37,320 nt of DNA from Fibrobacteria bacterium (GTDB lineage: Bacteria > Fibrobacterota > Fibrobacteria > UBA11236): contig JBGTHM010000095.1 in NCBI GenBank assembly GCA_041746255.1, positions 1-37,320 on the forward strand, read 5' to 3'. Each line of letters opens with the position of its first letter. The stretch's first letter is position 1. The position numbers were made by a program, and so were the translations under genes. Positions 28,146-37,302 of the stretch are shown here, one piece after another. The notes under the pieces were generated by a model. It saw only the letters and a program-made list of their open reading frames with translations. It ran no database searches and was not told where the DNA came from.

Positions 28146-29600
28146 ATGGAACCCGGTATGGAGAAAAGGCTTTATTCCATGCAATCACCTGCAATGAAAT
28201 CCGAATTACCCCTTTGCAAGCACCGGAGGATGGGCCGCCGGACCGCTGCGGCTCTCGCCGCGGCCGCTCTGATGTTTCCTCTGCATGCCGGCGCCGATAC
28301 CTTCGACAACCTCGACGTCAAATTTCGCGGCGCAGGCTGGTTCAAGTCCGGCATGATCATGCAAAGCTCCGATACCGTAACCGGATCCGTGCAGAACAAC
28401 TATAACGGAAATTGGTTGCAGGACGCCGGCGCCCTTTTGACAGGCGTCGTAAACCTCAGCGAAAATTTCGAAGGCGCCTTCGGAGTGGGCGCAATCCAGA
28501 AGCATGCCGCCCAGGGGGTTCTCGACCAGGCCCGATTCGTGAAATTGGGCATGAACATCTTCCTCACCCAATCCCGCTTCACCTGGTTTCCTGAAGGCAA
28601 GCAGGATTTCAATCACAAGGTGACGCTCGGATGGTTCCCCTACAAATATGATCACAATATCAAGAACCTGGGGTTGTATCTCATTCGTGGACCGGTATAT
28701 CCGGGCATTCTCTTCTCCGGCTTCGAGTCGAAAGAGATGCTGAACACCGCGAATATGCTGGGCGGCCACGTCCAGAATAAATTCGGGCCTTACACGCAGG
28801 ACCTGCTGCTCAGCAGCGAAGTGGACTTGAAACCGCTTTTCGATTTTTCCTTCCTCTATGTCGGCACTCTGAAATTGGGAAGCGCTTTCGAAATCGGAGG
28901 CGGGGCGAATTTCTACCATTACCTCCCCGTCCGGCCCGGTTTGACCAGCCCTTCGGAGGAAAAGGGATTCAACCCGAACGTAAAGGAGCAGGGGAATTTC
29001 CAGGAACACCCCAACGATTACCTGTACGCCGTCCCCTTGGATTCCGCCGGCACCCAATTTCAATGGGTAACGCATAAGGGCATTAAAGTCATGGGGCGCT
29101 TCGCGCTGGACCCGAAGGCCCTTTTCGACGGTGCGGGATCTTTGGGACCGAATGATTTGAAGCTGTATGGCGAGGTCGGCATCCTGGGAACCAAGAACTA
29201 TCCCGGCGTTTACGACAAGGTTGCCGAAAGGATGCCCATGATGCTGGGCTTCAATTTGCCGGCCTTCGGCCTGCTGGATAACCTCTCCTTCGAGGTGGAA
29301 TATTACAATTCGGAAGTCGTGCCGGATTATCGGAAAATCGTGGAACGATCATCGGCCATCCCGCAAACGCCCTATATCAATCGCGGTCCGTCTAATCCCG
29401 AACCTTACCGGGTCCATGCCGATGATTGGAAATGGTCCTTGTATTTCAACAAGGTCATGGCCGGCCATGTCAAGCTCAGCGGCCAATTGGCAAACGATCA
29501 CTTCCGAACCGGGGGAACGGCGGGTTTTCCGTCTTACGAAGAAGCAATGACCGCCTTGTATGATTGGTACTGGATGTTAAAACTGAGCTACTTCTTTTAA
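28146..29600 (+). CDS. Outer-membrane protein, paralog 2 of 3 (start uncertain, 28146-28230)
   Basis: KNLGLYLIRGPVYPG, DDWKWSL, ANDHFR; C-terminal LSYFF. Confidence 0.8.
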   Translation: MEPGMEKRLYSMQSPAMKSELPLCKHRRMGRRTAAALAAAALMFPLHAGADTFDNLDVKFRGAGWFKSGMIMQSSDTVTGSVQNNYNGNWLQDAGALLTGVVNLSENFEGAFGVGAIQKHAAQGVLDQARFVKLGMNIFLTQSRFTWFPEGKQDFNHKVTLGWFPYKYDHNIKNLGLYLIRGPVYPGILFSGFESKEMLNTANMLGGHVQNKFGPYTQDLLLSSEVDLKPLFDFSFLYVGTLKLGSAFEIGGGANFYHYLPVRPGLTSPSEEKGFNPNVKEQGNFQEHPNDYLYAVPLDSAGTQFQWVTHKGIKVMGRFALDPKALFDGAGSLGPNDLKLYGEVGILGTKNYPGVYDKVAERMPMMLGFNLPAFGLLDNLSFEVEYYNSEVVPDYRKIVERSSAIPQTPYINRGPSNPEPYRVHADDWKWSLYFNKVMAGHVKLSGQLANDHFRTGGTAGFPSYEEAMTALYDWYWMLKLSYFF

Positions 29601-29635
29601 ATGATTACCGCAAAAAAAGGCCTGGTTGGAATCAG

Positions 29636-31120
29636 ATGGATATGACTTACCAAAATGCGAACAATACGAGTTTTGCCGGATTGATCCTCGCGGCATGGAT
29701 CCGAAAAGGCGCCAGGCTCCTGGTCCTGCCGGCCCTAGGGCTGGCCTGGCTGGCCTGCCCGTCCTCGCCGGCGGCCGCGGAAAACCTTGAGGTGCGCGTA
29801 AATGGCCTCGGGTATGTCCAAGCCGGGCGCATCATGCACTCCTCCGATTCCATCGACTACAATTACAACGGCAACTGGTTCCAGAAGGCGGCGGCCCAGA
29901 TTACCGCGCATGCGCAAATCAACAAGAACCTGGAAGGAGCGTTGGGAATAGGCGCCAGGCAGGCGCACAAGGCCCAGGAGCGCCTCGATGCCGCCCGGCG
30001 CCTGCAGGTAGGCGTGGAACCTTATATCTCCGAGGCCCGGTTTACCTATACCCGCGGCGACATTGAAGCTCCTTCACTGCAAATCACCTTCGGGTATTTC
30101 CCTTACAATTACAACCCTTCCGTGCGAAACCTGGGACTGTACCTGCTGCGGGGAACGGTCTATCCCGGCTTCCTTTTTTCCGGGTTCGAAACCGATGAAA
30201 CCATGCCGATAGCCAATACTCTGGGCGCCCGCCTGCATGGCGCCACCGGGCCCTTTCAGCACGATGTCATCCTTTCGAGCCAGACCAATGTGCGTCCCCT
30301 GTTCGATTATTCCCTCGCCTATATCGGGCGCTATGCCAACTCCGTTTTCGAAATCGGCGCCGGGGTCAATTTCTACCGCCTGATTCCCATCGTGCCCGAA
30401 TTGACCACTCCTCGCGATACCACGGTTTTCACCGAAAGGTATTCGGATAGTGAGATCTTGAGCAAATACGACCGCAACCATCTCTATATCGAAAATACGC
30501 CTACGGGGCCCGATACGACCCGGTTCACGCTCAAAGGCACGAAGCTGGCCTCTTTCATGTCTTTGGACTTGAAGGCCTTGACGGGCCAGGGCGCCATGGG
30601 CGACAAGGATTTGAAACTGTATTCCGAAGTCGCTCTCATCGGGGTAAAGAGTTACAAGGGGATATATGACGACATTCTCCAGCGGATACCGGTAATGTTG
30701 GGATTCAATATTCCCGCCTTCAAGCTGCTGGACCACCTTTCCCTGGAAGTGGAATGGTATGGCGCCCCATATAGGAACGATTACCAGAAGCTCGAAAATG
30801 AATATTCTCCCATCCCGGTTTCGAATCAGAACTTGCAAAGGGTTCCCGAGACCGATTCCACCGGGCAATTGGTTATCAGCCGCGGGCCTGGAGAATCCTA
30901 TCCCTATGCCGACCCCTTTGATGTTGAAAATATGGTCCAGGACAATTGGAAATGGTCCCTGCACGGCGCTAAAACCATCAAAAACCAGATCCGCATCAGC
31001 GCGCAACTGGCCAACGACCATTTCCGCACTGGAGGAAGCACCAATTCGGATACCTTTGAATCGGCATTCAGCACCCTGAAGGACTGGTATTGGATGACGA
31101 AAATCAGCTATTTCTTTTGA
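29636..31120 (+). CDS. Outer-membrane protein, paralog 3 of 3
   Basis: RNLGLYLLRGTVYPG, DNWKWSL, ANDHFR; C-terminal ISYFF. Confidence 0.8.
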   Translation: MDMTYQNANNTSFAGLILAAWIRKGARLLVLPALGLAWLACPSSPAAAENLEVRVNGLGYVQAGRIMHSSDSIDYNYNGNWFQKAAAQITAHAQINKNLEGALGIGARQAHKAQERLDAARRLQVGVEPYISEARFTYTRGDIEAPSLQITFGYFPYNYNPSVRNLGLYLLRGTVYPGFLFSGFETDETMPIANTLGARLHGATGPFQHDVILSSQTNVRPLFDYSLAYIGRYANSVFEIGAGVNFYRLIPIVPELTTPRDTTVFTERYSDSEILSKYDRNHLYIENTPTGPDTTRFTLKGTKLASFMSLDLKALTGQGAMGDKDLKLYSEVALIGVKSYKGIYDDILQRIPVMLGFNIPAFKLLDHLSLEVEWYGAPYRNDYQKLENEYSPIPVSNQNLQRVPETDSTGQLVISRGPGESYPYADPFDVENMVQDNWKWSLHGAKTIKNQIRISAQLANDHFRTGGSTNSDTFESAFSTLKDWYWMTKISYFF

Positions 31121-31260
31121 TTACCGAATAGGTCATCTGCAATGAGTTGCTTGGATGCCAGGCAGTCCCCGCTCCGCACCTTTGCTTTGCGTCCTATAGC
31201 GACAATAAGCCGCCTCTGGACCCGAAGTCGCTTCAGAAGATAGGGGATGTGAGAAAAGTT

Positions 31261-31276
31261 GTTTATTCCACAAAAC
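31261..31276 (-). promoter_or_regulatory. GTTT-N8-AAAC motif, putative operator
   Basis: Reverse strand reads GTTTTGTGGAATAAAC, matching the repeat core GTTTTGTGAGCTAAAC. Confidence 0.45.
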
Positions 31277-31381
31277 AGGTTCTTGCGTGGACGCAATGCG
31301 ACCGATCGCCTTCAGCATTAGATTGGAGTGGAATTGATTATGAGTTTCCCTCTGTAGATCCCTTGTCCCACGAGGTTGATT

Positions 31382-33202
31382 ATGGCACGAATGGACATCC
31401 ATTGGCTGGTGTTGCTGGGCCTAATGGTCCCAACCGCGGTGTCTCCGGTGAACGGGCAACCCGTTGGTTGGAAAGGCCCAGGCAATTTCGATTATACGAA
31501 GCATTTGGCCAAAACACCCTCCCAGGCTGCGGGCCTTCCGGACATGCCCCCGGGATTCGAGGCATCCCTGGCGCATCCCAACAACTTCAATCCGCTTGTG
31601 AGCGGATTGGACTTCCTATCCGATGGGCGCATGGTGTTATTGCATTCCTCCTACACGGATAAAGGAAGCATCATTTATCTGGTTGACGGCGCCGCCGGTC
31701 CCAGAGAGCAAATGAAATTCACGAAAATTGCCGGCGACATCCTGGGATCATTCGGAGTAGAGGTTCTGGATAATGAAATCTATTACTTGGCGCAGGATGG
31801 AATTTGGAAACTGGTGAAAAAATCGGGCACACCGGAAACATGGGAACAAAAGTTCATCGCCAAGTACATCGTCCCCGGCATGGAAGGAGGGCACAATAAC
31901 GGGTCCCGCTATCCCATGTTCAATCTGGTGCATGCCAAGGGAAGCCTCTACTTCGGCAACGGCGCCTATAAAAATTTCAACGTTCCCGGCCGGAACGAGG
32001 GTTATGGTCTCAAGCTTGACCTGGCTACCGGTGAGCAGGAAATTCTGGGCAGGGGCCTCCGCATGCCCAATGGGATGGGAGCCAATGCCGCCGGAGACGT
32101 TTTTTTCACGGATAACCAGGGGGAATACCGGCCCGGCAGCCCGGTATACCATCTTGTGAAGGGACGGCATTATGGCATGGCGGCTCCGAGAGGCGTTACC
32201 GGAAATCAGGGCGGGACTATGACGGATATGTTTCCGCTACCGACGGACGAGCCCCTCTATTCTCCGGCGATATGGGTGCCTTTCGGGAGCGAAAGCCGCT
32301 CGCTCACCAACATGCTGTACCTGGAGCACACTGCCTTCCAAGGGCAATTCCTGGCCGGCGACAATGCCAGGGGCGCGGTGCACCGGATTCAATTGGAAAA
32401 AGTCAAAGGTGAATACCAGGGCGCGTATTTCCAGTTCAGCGGCGTATTGGAAGCCGGCGTTCAAAGTCTTACCACGGGCCCGGACGGCACGATATACGGA
32501 GGGGCGCTCGGCCGGGGAACAGGCGGACATAGCTGGCTGGGGCGAACAGCAGGCTTGATGAAGTGGAAGCCCACCGGAGGCCCACTGCAATCCATCAAAC
32601 GCGTTTCTTCACAGCGGGACGGCTTCGATATGGAATTCACCGAAGCGCTGTCGGCCCCTGCCGTGGCGCCGGAAAATTTCTGGGTCCTGTCCTATTACTA
32701 TAAACCCACCCCTGCTTATGGTGGTCCTCCCCTGGATATACGCAACCATAAAATCACCGAGTTGCAAACTTCCGCGGACCGCCGGACCCTTGCCATCTCT
32801 GTTGACGGTCTGGAAGCGAATCGCATCTACCGCATCATGTTGGCCCCCGGCATCAAAACGGCGGACGGGCTTCCCTTGTTCACGTTGAATGCCTGGTATA
32901 CTTTGAATCAAATCAATGAAGCCGGTCCCCTGACCACATCGATGATTTCACCGGTGCGCGCCGTGGAAAACTTTTCCAAAGCCATTTTCCAACGCAGGGA
33001 CGGAGTCCTGCGTATCCGCGTGCCGGATGTGGGCGCTTACACCCTGAAGCTGGTGGATTTGCGCGGAATTTTGGTATCGACTGTTTCCGGCGCGGGCGCG
33101 GGAAGCCATGTTTTGCAGCTCGGAACGAGTTCCCCCCTGGTTGCGGTCTTGAACACGCCTTCGGGAATTTTCTCCCAGATTGTTCCTCCGGAAGAACTGT
33201 AA
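31382..33202 (+). CDS. Secreted beta-propeller protein (glucose/sorbosone dehydrogenase-like) + Ig-like domain + sorting-like tail
   Basis: GAGG RBS; signal peptide; GLDFLSDGRM, GLRMPNGMG, FFTDNQGEY, FQGQFLAGD, GEYQGA, GPDGTIY, YYYKPTPAYGGP; tail LVDLRG. Confidence 0.75.
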   Translation: MARMDIHWLVLLGLMVPTAVSPVNGQPVGWKGPGNFDYTKHLAKTPSQAAGLPDMPPGFEASLAHPNNFNPLVSGLDFLSDGRMVLLHSSYTDKGSIIYLVDGAAGPREQMKFTKIAGDILGSFGVEVLDNEIYYLAQDGIWKLVKKSGTPETWEQKFIAKYIVPGMEGGHNNGSRYPMFNLVHAKGSLYFGNGAYKNFNVPGRNEGYGLKLDLATGEQEILGRGLRMPNGMGANAAGDVFFTDNQGEYRPGSPVYHLVKGRHYGMAAPRGVTGNQGGTMTDMFPLPTDEPLYSPAIWVPFGSESRSLTNMLYLEHTAFQGQFLAGDNARGAVHRIQLEKVKGEYQGAYFQFSGVLEAGVQSLTTGPDGTIYGGALGRGTGGHSWLGRTAGLMKWKPTGGPLQSIKRVSSQRDGFDMEFTEALSAPAVAPENFWVLSYYYKPTPAYGGPPLDIRNHKITELQTSADRRTLAISVDGLEANRIYRIMLAPGIKTADGLPLFTLNAWYTLNQINEAGPLTTSMISPVRAVENFSKAIFQRRDGVLRIRVPDVGAYTLKLVDLRGILVSTVSGAGAGSHVLQLGTSSPLVAVLNTPSGIFSQIVPPEEL

Positions 33203-33242
33203 AGCCCTGTATAAATCGTCAGGTTATGCAAAGAAATCCTGC

Positions 33243-33290
33243 TTTGCGCGAATATATTGTTTTGTGAACAAAACGATATTTTCGCGCAAA
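33243..33290. promoter_or_regulatory. 48-bp near-perfect palindrome containing the GTTT-N8-AAAC core
   Basis: TTTGCGCGAATATATTGTTTTGT-GA-ACAAAACGATATTTTCGCGCAAA, 21/23 positions complementary. Confidence 0.7.
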
Positions 33291-33570
33291 TGGGCGAACC
33301 ACTGACAGCGCGGGAAAGGCCCGGCGATACCGTAGATGTTAACCATCCGGGGGTGGCACGATGGCGGAAAGGCGCTAGAGCAGGGCTTTCGAATCCAATC
33401 CAATCCAATGGTCCGCGCACCAACCTTTCGGGGCCGGAAAAATTCAGAAAATAATTGGATCACGCCTTAACAAAAAAGAATGCATATTAAATGAACACAG
33501 AAATGCAGCATAAATTGCTATCCACTTTCTGTGGGAAGGATTCAAAAACTAACCATTACTCAGGAGGTTT

Positions 33571-34641
33571 ATGATGAGAGTATTTGCAAAATCAGGTATT
33601 GTAATTATGGCGGCATTTATAGCTTCATTTGGTTATAAAGGCAGAATCGCCATTGCACAAGATGGAAATACACGTGACAAAGATGATATAGGCGCCAGCG
33701 CATGGGCGCAAGCCATCATTAAAAAAGGAGGCGCCAAATTGGTTCATCATCATTACAATCATATGTTGTGCCAAAATAATCCAAGCCAGGCTAAGGAAAT
33801 GAGAACTAGTGTGAGAGGCGCGGCATCCAGGTTTTTTGGAACAACATCTTTTACTTACGATATTCTGACTCAAAGTTCCGCCGCAAAATCAGACATGGTA
33901 AAGCAGATAAATGCGTCTTCATCCTCCAGTCCTCTCAAATATCTTATGTTCGGACGTATGGAAGTTCCCTGGCAGCACATCATGGCTTCGTCTTCCTCCA
34001 AACGGAAGTATGTTACTGCTATTTCCCATTCAAAAATCAATGATAATTTTACAGCCAAATGTATGACTCATACGTGGGCAGATATAAAAAGAACAGGAGT
34101 GAAAACCATCCATATCAGTGACCAAAACACCAATTTAAGAGTTACCACGGCCAGCCGCTGGGCCTGGGCAAAGAATTCCTCAAATGCGAATATCAGATGG
34201 CTTTACAGCCGCATGGAGGCCGGTGTTTTTGGAGATATATCAGATGCAGGTTTAGCTTGGTATGCGATAAAAGGCGATCAAAATGGCACACCAGAAAAGC
34301 TAAAAGCATTTTTTGGCAACATACTGCCCAAACAAGGACTCATGGAGGAAAGTACGGTTGCTTCCGGGATGCTGTTTCCGGAGCAGCTGGAAATGTCCGC
34401 TTTGCAAACCCGGGGGAACAACAACGTGCAATTCTCCCTGGCGCTTCCGGAAAGCGGTCCCTTTACCTTATCGGTTTTTGATATACAAGGTCAACGGCTT
34501 TTCCATGATCAGAGAAATGGAGATGCCGGTTATCAGACCATCGATTGGAACATGATGGAATCCCGGCCCACAGGAATGCTCATTGCTGTGCTACAGCAGG
34601 GTAATATGCGTGTTTCGAAAAACTTACGCATGAAACAATAA
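33571..34641 (+). CDS. Secreted protein with nucleoside-hydrolase-like Asp motif and T9SS-type C-terminal domain; paralog of 36120-37088
   Basis: AGGAGG RBS; DGNTRDKDDIGA; tail LSVFDIQGQ...WN...GMLIAVL. Confidence 0.75.
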   Translation: MMRVFAKSGIVIMAAFIASFGYKGRIAIAQDGNTRDKDDIGASAWAQAIIKKGGAKLVHHHYNHMLCQNNPSQAKEMRTSVRGAASRFFGTTSFTYDILTQSSAAKSDMVKQINASSSSSPLKYLMFGRMEVPWQHIMASSSSKRKYVTAISHSKINDNFTAKCMTHTWADIKRTGVKTIHISDQNTNLRVTTASRWAWAKNSSNANIRWLYSRMEAGVFGDISDAGLAWYAIKGDQNGTPEKLKAFFGNILPKQGLMEESTVASGMLFPEQLEMSALQTRGNNNVQFSLALPESGPFTLSVFDIQGQRLFHDQRNGDAGYQTIDWNMMESRPTGMLIAVLQQGNMRVSKNLRMKQ

Positions 34642-34782
34642 ATATTTCCTCGGCAGCGCAGCAACTTTCGGGCTGCGGTCTTGCATAAATATTAAGCTTA
34701 CCAAAACAAGCTTCATGCGAGAGCCGCACCCATACAGATTCAAGAAAATCCCGGAAAAGACAGCGTGAAATAAAACCGGGAT

Positions 34783-35430
34783 TTATTTTCCCTTTCTCCA
34801 TTCGGGCATTATTTCCAAGTGGTGCACCACAACCCCGGTGTTTTCCATGAATACCTCTATGGAATCGCCGGCTTCTCTGAAATCGATAACCCACGGTATA
34901 CCCGGGTGCATGAATTCTTCAATGTAGCGGTAGGGAGGGCCCGAAGCGCTGGAGGAATCTTTTACATTGTCCCTCCGGTAAATAAAGGCACGGGTTTGTG
35001 TCTGTTCCACCGGCACTTCCACGGAAATGAAGGTGAATTGTCCACAGGACAGCACGGTACCAAACCCGCCAGAGGAAGAACCGTATCCAGGTACTTCCAG
35101 CTCGTCGAGGTAATCGATAAGGAGCGGGAAAGTTGGGAATTCTCTCTTAGGCTTAATATTCATTAAGTCGGACAGGATGTTCTGGAGTTGAAGTGGAGTA
35201 TAACTGGGGTCCTTTGAATCCATTATTAAATAGGTCTTGCCCAGATAAGTTTTTTGTATCTGCCGCGGCAAATCTTTCGGGCTTTGCAGGGGAGGCGCGG
35301 GATGTGGAACGGACACTGGCCTGTTGTGGGTTTGTATCCAAATAGCGGAGATGGTAATTACTGCGAGTATAGCCGCTCCAAACGACAGGGACTTTTTCAG
35401 CATGCTGTTTTGATGAGAGTTGTTTTTCAT
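34783..35430 (-). CDS. Hypothetical membrane-anchored protein
   Basis: 215-aa ORF with an N-terminal TM and a Pro-rich linker. Confidence 0.6.
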   Translation of the reverse strand: MKNNSHQNSMLKKSLSFGAAILAVITISAIWIQTHNRPVSVPHPAPPLQSPKDLPRQIQKTYLGKTYLIMDSKDPSYTPLQLQNILSDLMNIKPKREFPTFPLLIDYLDELEVPGYGSSSGGFGTVLSCGQFTFISVEVPVEQTQTRAFIYRRDNVKDSSSASGPPYRYIEEFMHPGIPWVIDFREAGDSIEVFMENTGVVVHHLEIMPEWRKGK

Positions 35431-35481
35431 TTTAAATTTTATCCCTTAAAAATAATGCTTTTTATTCTGTGGTGATAGTTA

Positions 35482-35810
35482 TGAACTGTCCCCTCTGATC
35501 CGGACAGATTATGCTGCCCACCTCGCTACGTTTTCGGCCGGGCGGCAATAGCCGATAAAAGTATGTCTCCTTCGCAGATTGTACCAGGTTTCTATCCAAT
35601 CAAAAGATACCTGTTCCACTTCAAGGCCTGCTAAAGGGCCGAGAGATCCAAATCCGTATCGGGATTTCTCGACTCCGGCCATCCCGCCACTTTTCGGGAA
35701 TAGAGATCCAGAATAACAGCCGGATAGACCCATCCGCTTTGGGTCCACATGTAGGTGATGTCAGACGTCCAGGTTTTATTGAGTCCCGAAGGTTTGAAAT
35801 TCCGATTCAA
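35482..35810 (-). mobile_element. IS3-family remnant (right end + internally deleted integrase core)
   Basis: Terminal IR-like TGAACTGTCCCCTCTGATCCGGACA (35482-35506); LNRNF...WTSDITY...GWVY..VILDLYSRKVAGW; WIETWYNLRRRH..IGY..P. Confidence 0.85.
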
Positions 35811-36060
35811 GCGATGCTGAAGGCCATTCACGTTCAGGAAGATCTTGCGGCAGCACAAGCGAAAGCCAAGCTTGTTGTATTCAGGCTTCGGGAAATGAAG
35901 CTACCTGAGGCTGCAATGCGAGTGGAATCAGGCATTGAAGAGATGCTCACATATATGCGATTTCCTCGAGAGCATTGGGTACGGATCCGCACCAACAACA
36001 CCGTTGAGCGGTTGAACCGGGAATTTAAACGGGGGACACGCGTCGTGGGAAGCCTTCCGA
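35811..36060 (+). mobile_element. IS256-family transposase C-terminal fragment
   Basis: MLKAIH.QED...LTYMRFPREHWVRIRTNNTVERLNREFKRGTRVVGSLP. Confidence 0.88.
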
Positions 36061-36119
36061 TTACCTTTTTGCGTACCCTTCACAATGGGGCACCCGTGGA
36101 GCTTGGAACTAAGCGCGGC

Positions 36120-37088
36120 TTATTTTGGAATCGAGATCTGAACGCCATTGATTGAAACAAATTTTCCGCCATCCTCCCTATTGGCGCCCGGCACTTGGAA
36201 AAAGTTGGAATTTCCCATTCTCATAACCAGTAGGTTACGGGAAACCATTGGATTCAATGGGACAATCGACGTGGTGACGGGTGCAGTTGGATTCTTGAAT
36301 TTTGCGATGACCTGGGCCGGTGTCCCCCTTTGATCTCCGGTCAGGCCGTACCACATCATGCCTGCGTCAGATACATCTCCGGGTTTTGCCGTTTGCGTTG
36401 TATAAAGCCATTGGTAATCCGCTGACATGCTCTTGAGTGGATCCCATTTTCCCGCTGCGGATTTTCCCATGAGATCGTTCTGGTCCGATATCTGAACGAA
36501 GCGGGCTCCGCCGGGTAAAGCCTTCAAGTCATTCCAGTCATGAGTCATAGCCGGTGGAATGACCCTTTTGTTATTGACTGTGGAATGTGAAACAAAGGTT
36601 AAGAATTTGCGCTTGTCCACCGCAACTTCTTTCAAACACCTATAAAGGACTTCCATAGGTCCGGCGGCCAGTATTATCAGGGGGTCGTCGGCCGAGGACG
36701 CTTCCGCCACCTTTTTGAAGTTGGCGATGGCGCCTTTTAAATCTTTCAGATCATTAAAAAAGATGCCTTCTGGGAAACCGAAACGTTTGGCGCCCTCCAG
36801 GGTAAACTTTTCCATCCGTTTATCCCAATCGCCATTGGACCTGGTGATTTTGTTATTATAGTCAAAATGAACGCAATTCTTTTGGACCCCAAAGGCATGT
36901 GCCATGGCTATTGCGAATGGAGTGGCTCCCCAATCATCATTATCAATTAAATTCCCATCGCAACTATACGCATAGCGTGTGTTCGCCTTTATAAGCTGCG
37001 CTTCCACCGGCTTAATCGCCAATAACATCAAGGCCATTAGCAATACGGCATATAAGGAAGTTCTTATTCTACTGATATTCTTTATCAT
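36120..37088 (-). CDS. Secreted protein with nucleoside-hydrolase-like Asp motif; paralog of 33571-34641
   Basis: GGGAG RBS before ATG 37088; signal peptide; DGNLIDNDDWGA, AAGPMEV, SHS, ISDQN, GDVSDAG. Confidence 0.75.
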   Translation of the reverse strand: MIKNISRIRTSLYAVLLMALMLLAIKPVEAQLIKANTRYAYSCDGNLIDNDDWGATPFAIAMAHAFGVQKNCVHFDYNNKITRSNGDWDKRMEKFTLEGAKRFGFPEGIFFNDLKDLKGAIANFKKVAEASSADDPLIILAAGPMEVLYRCLKEVAVDKRKFLTFVSHSTVNNKRVIPPAMTHDWNDLKALPGGARFVQISDQNDLMGKSAAGKWDPLKSMSADYQWLYTTQTAKPGDVSDAGMMWYGLTGDQRGTPAQVIAKFKNPTAPVTTSIVPLNPMVSRNLLVMRMGNSNFFQVPGANREDGGKFVSINGVQISIPK

Positions 37089-37235
37089 ATTGACTCCCGA
37101 TTTTACTTCTTGTTGTACAGCATCCACAACCGGATGTTCACCGATTATTTGCATTCGCCTCAGGATCGCTTCGTCAATACCGTGCTTCGGTTTTTGGCCT
37201 GCTACAAAAATAGGTTGTAAAACTATGGACGTTCC

Positions 37236-37302
37236 CCTACAGCGGGTCTGACGCCCCGTTCTCCGCGTCAAACCGTTCTGTGAGCTAAACGATTTATTCC
37301 CG
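37236..37302 (+). repeat. Dispersed non-coding element, copy 3 (partial)
   Basis: CCTACAGCGGGTCTGACGCCCCGTTCTCCGCGTCAAACCGTTCTGTGAGCTAAACGATTTATTCCCG matches 25246-25312. Confidence 0.85.

Noticed and set aside
33291..33385. Possible c-di-GMP-like riboswitch
   Set aside because: GGGCGAACC/GAAA-like fragments are present but the expected paired stems could not be built by eye; needs an Infernal search
33571..37088. Composite transposon formed by the inverted paralogs and IS pieces
   Set aside because: IS remnants are internal and from different families; the paralogs are too diverged for a recent duplication
37089..37271. Upstream extension of the 383-aa ORF
   Set aside because: Runs into the non-coding repeat; RBS and signal peptide support ATG 37088
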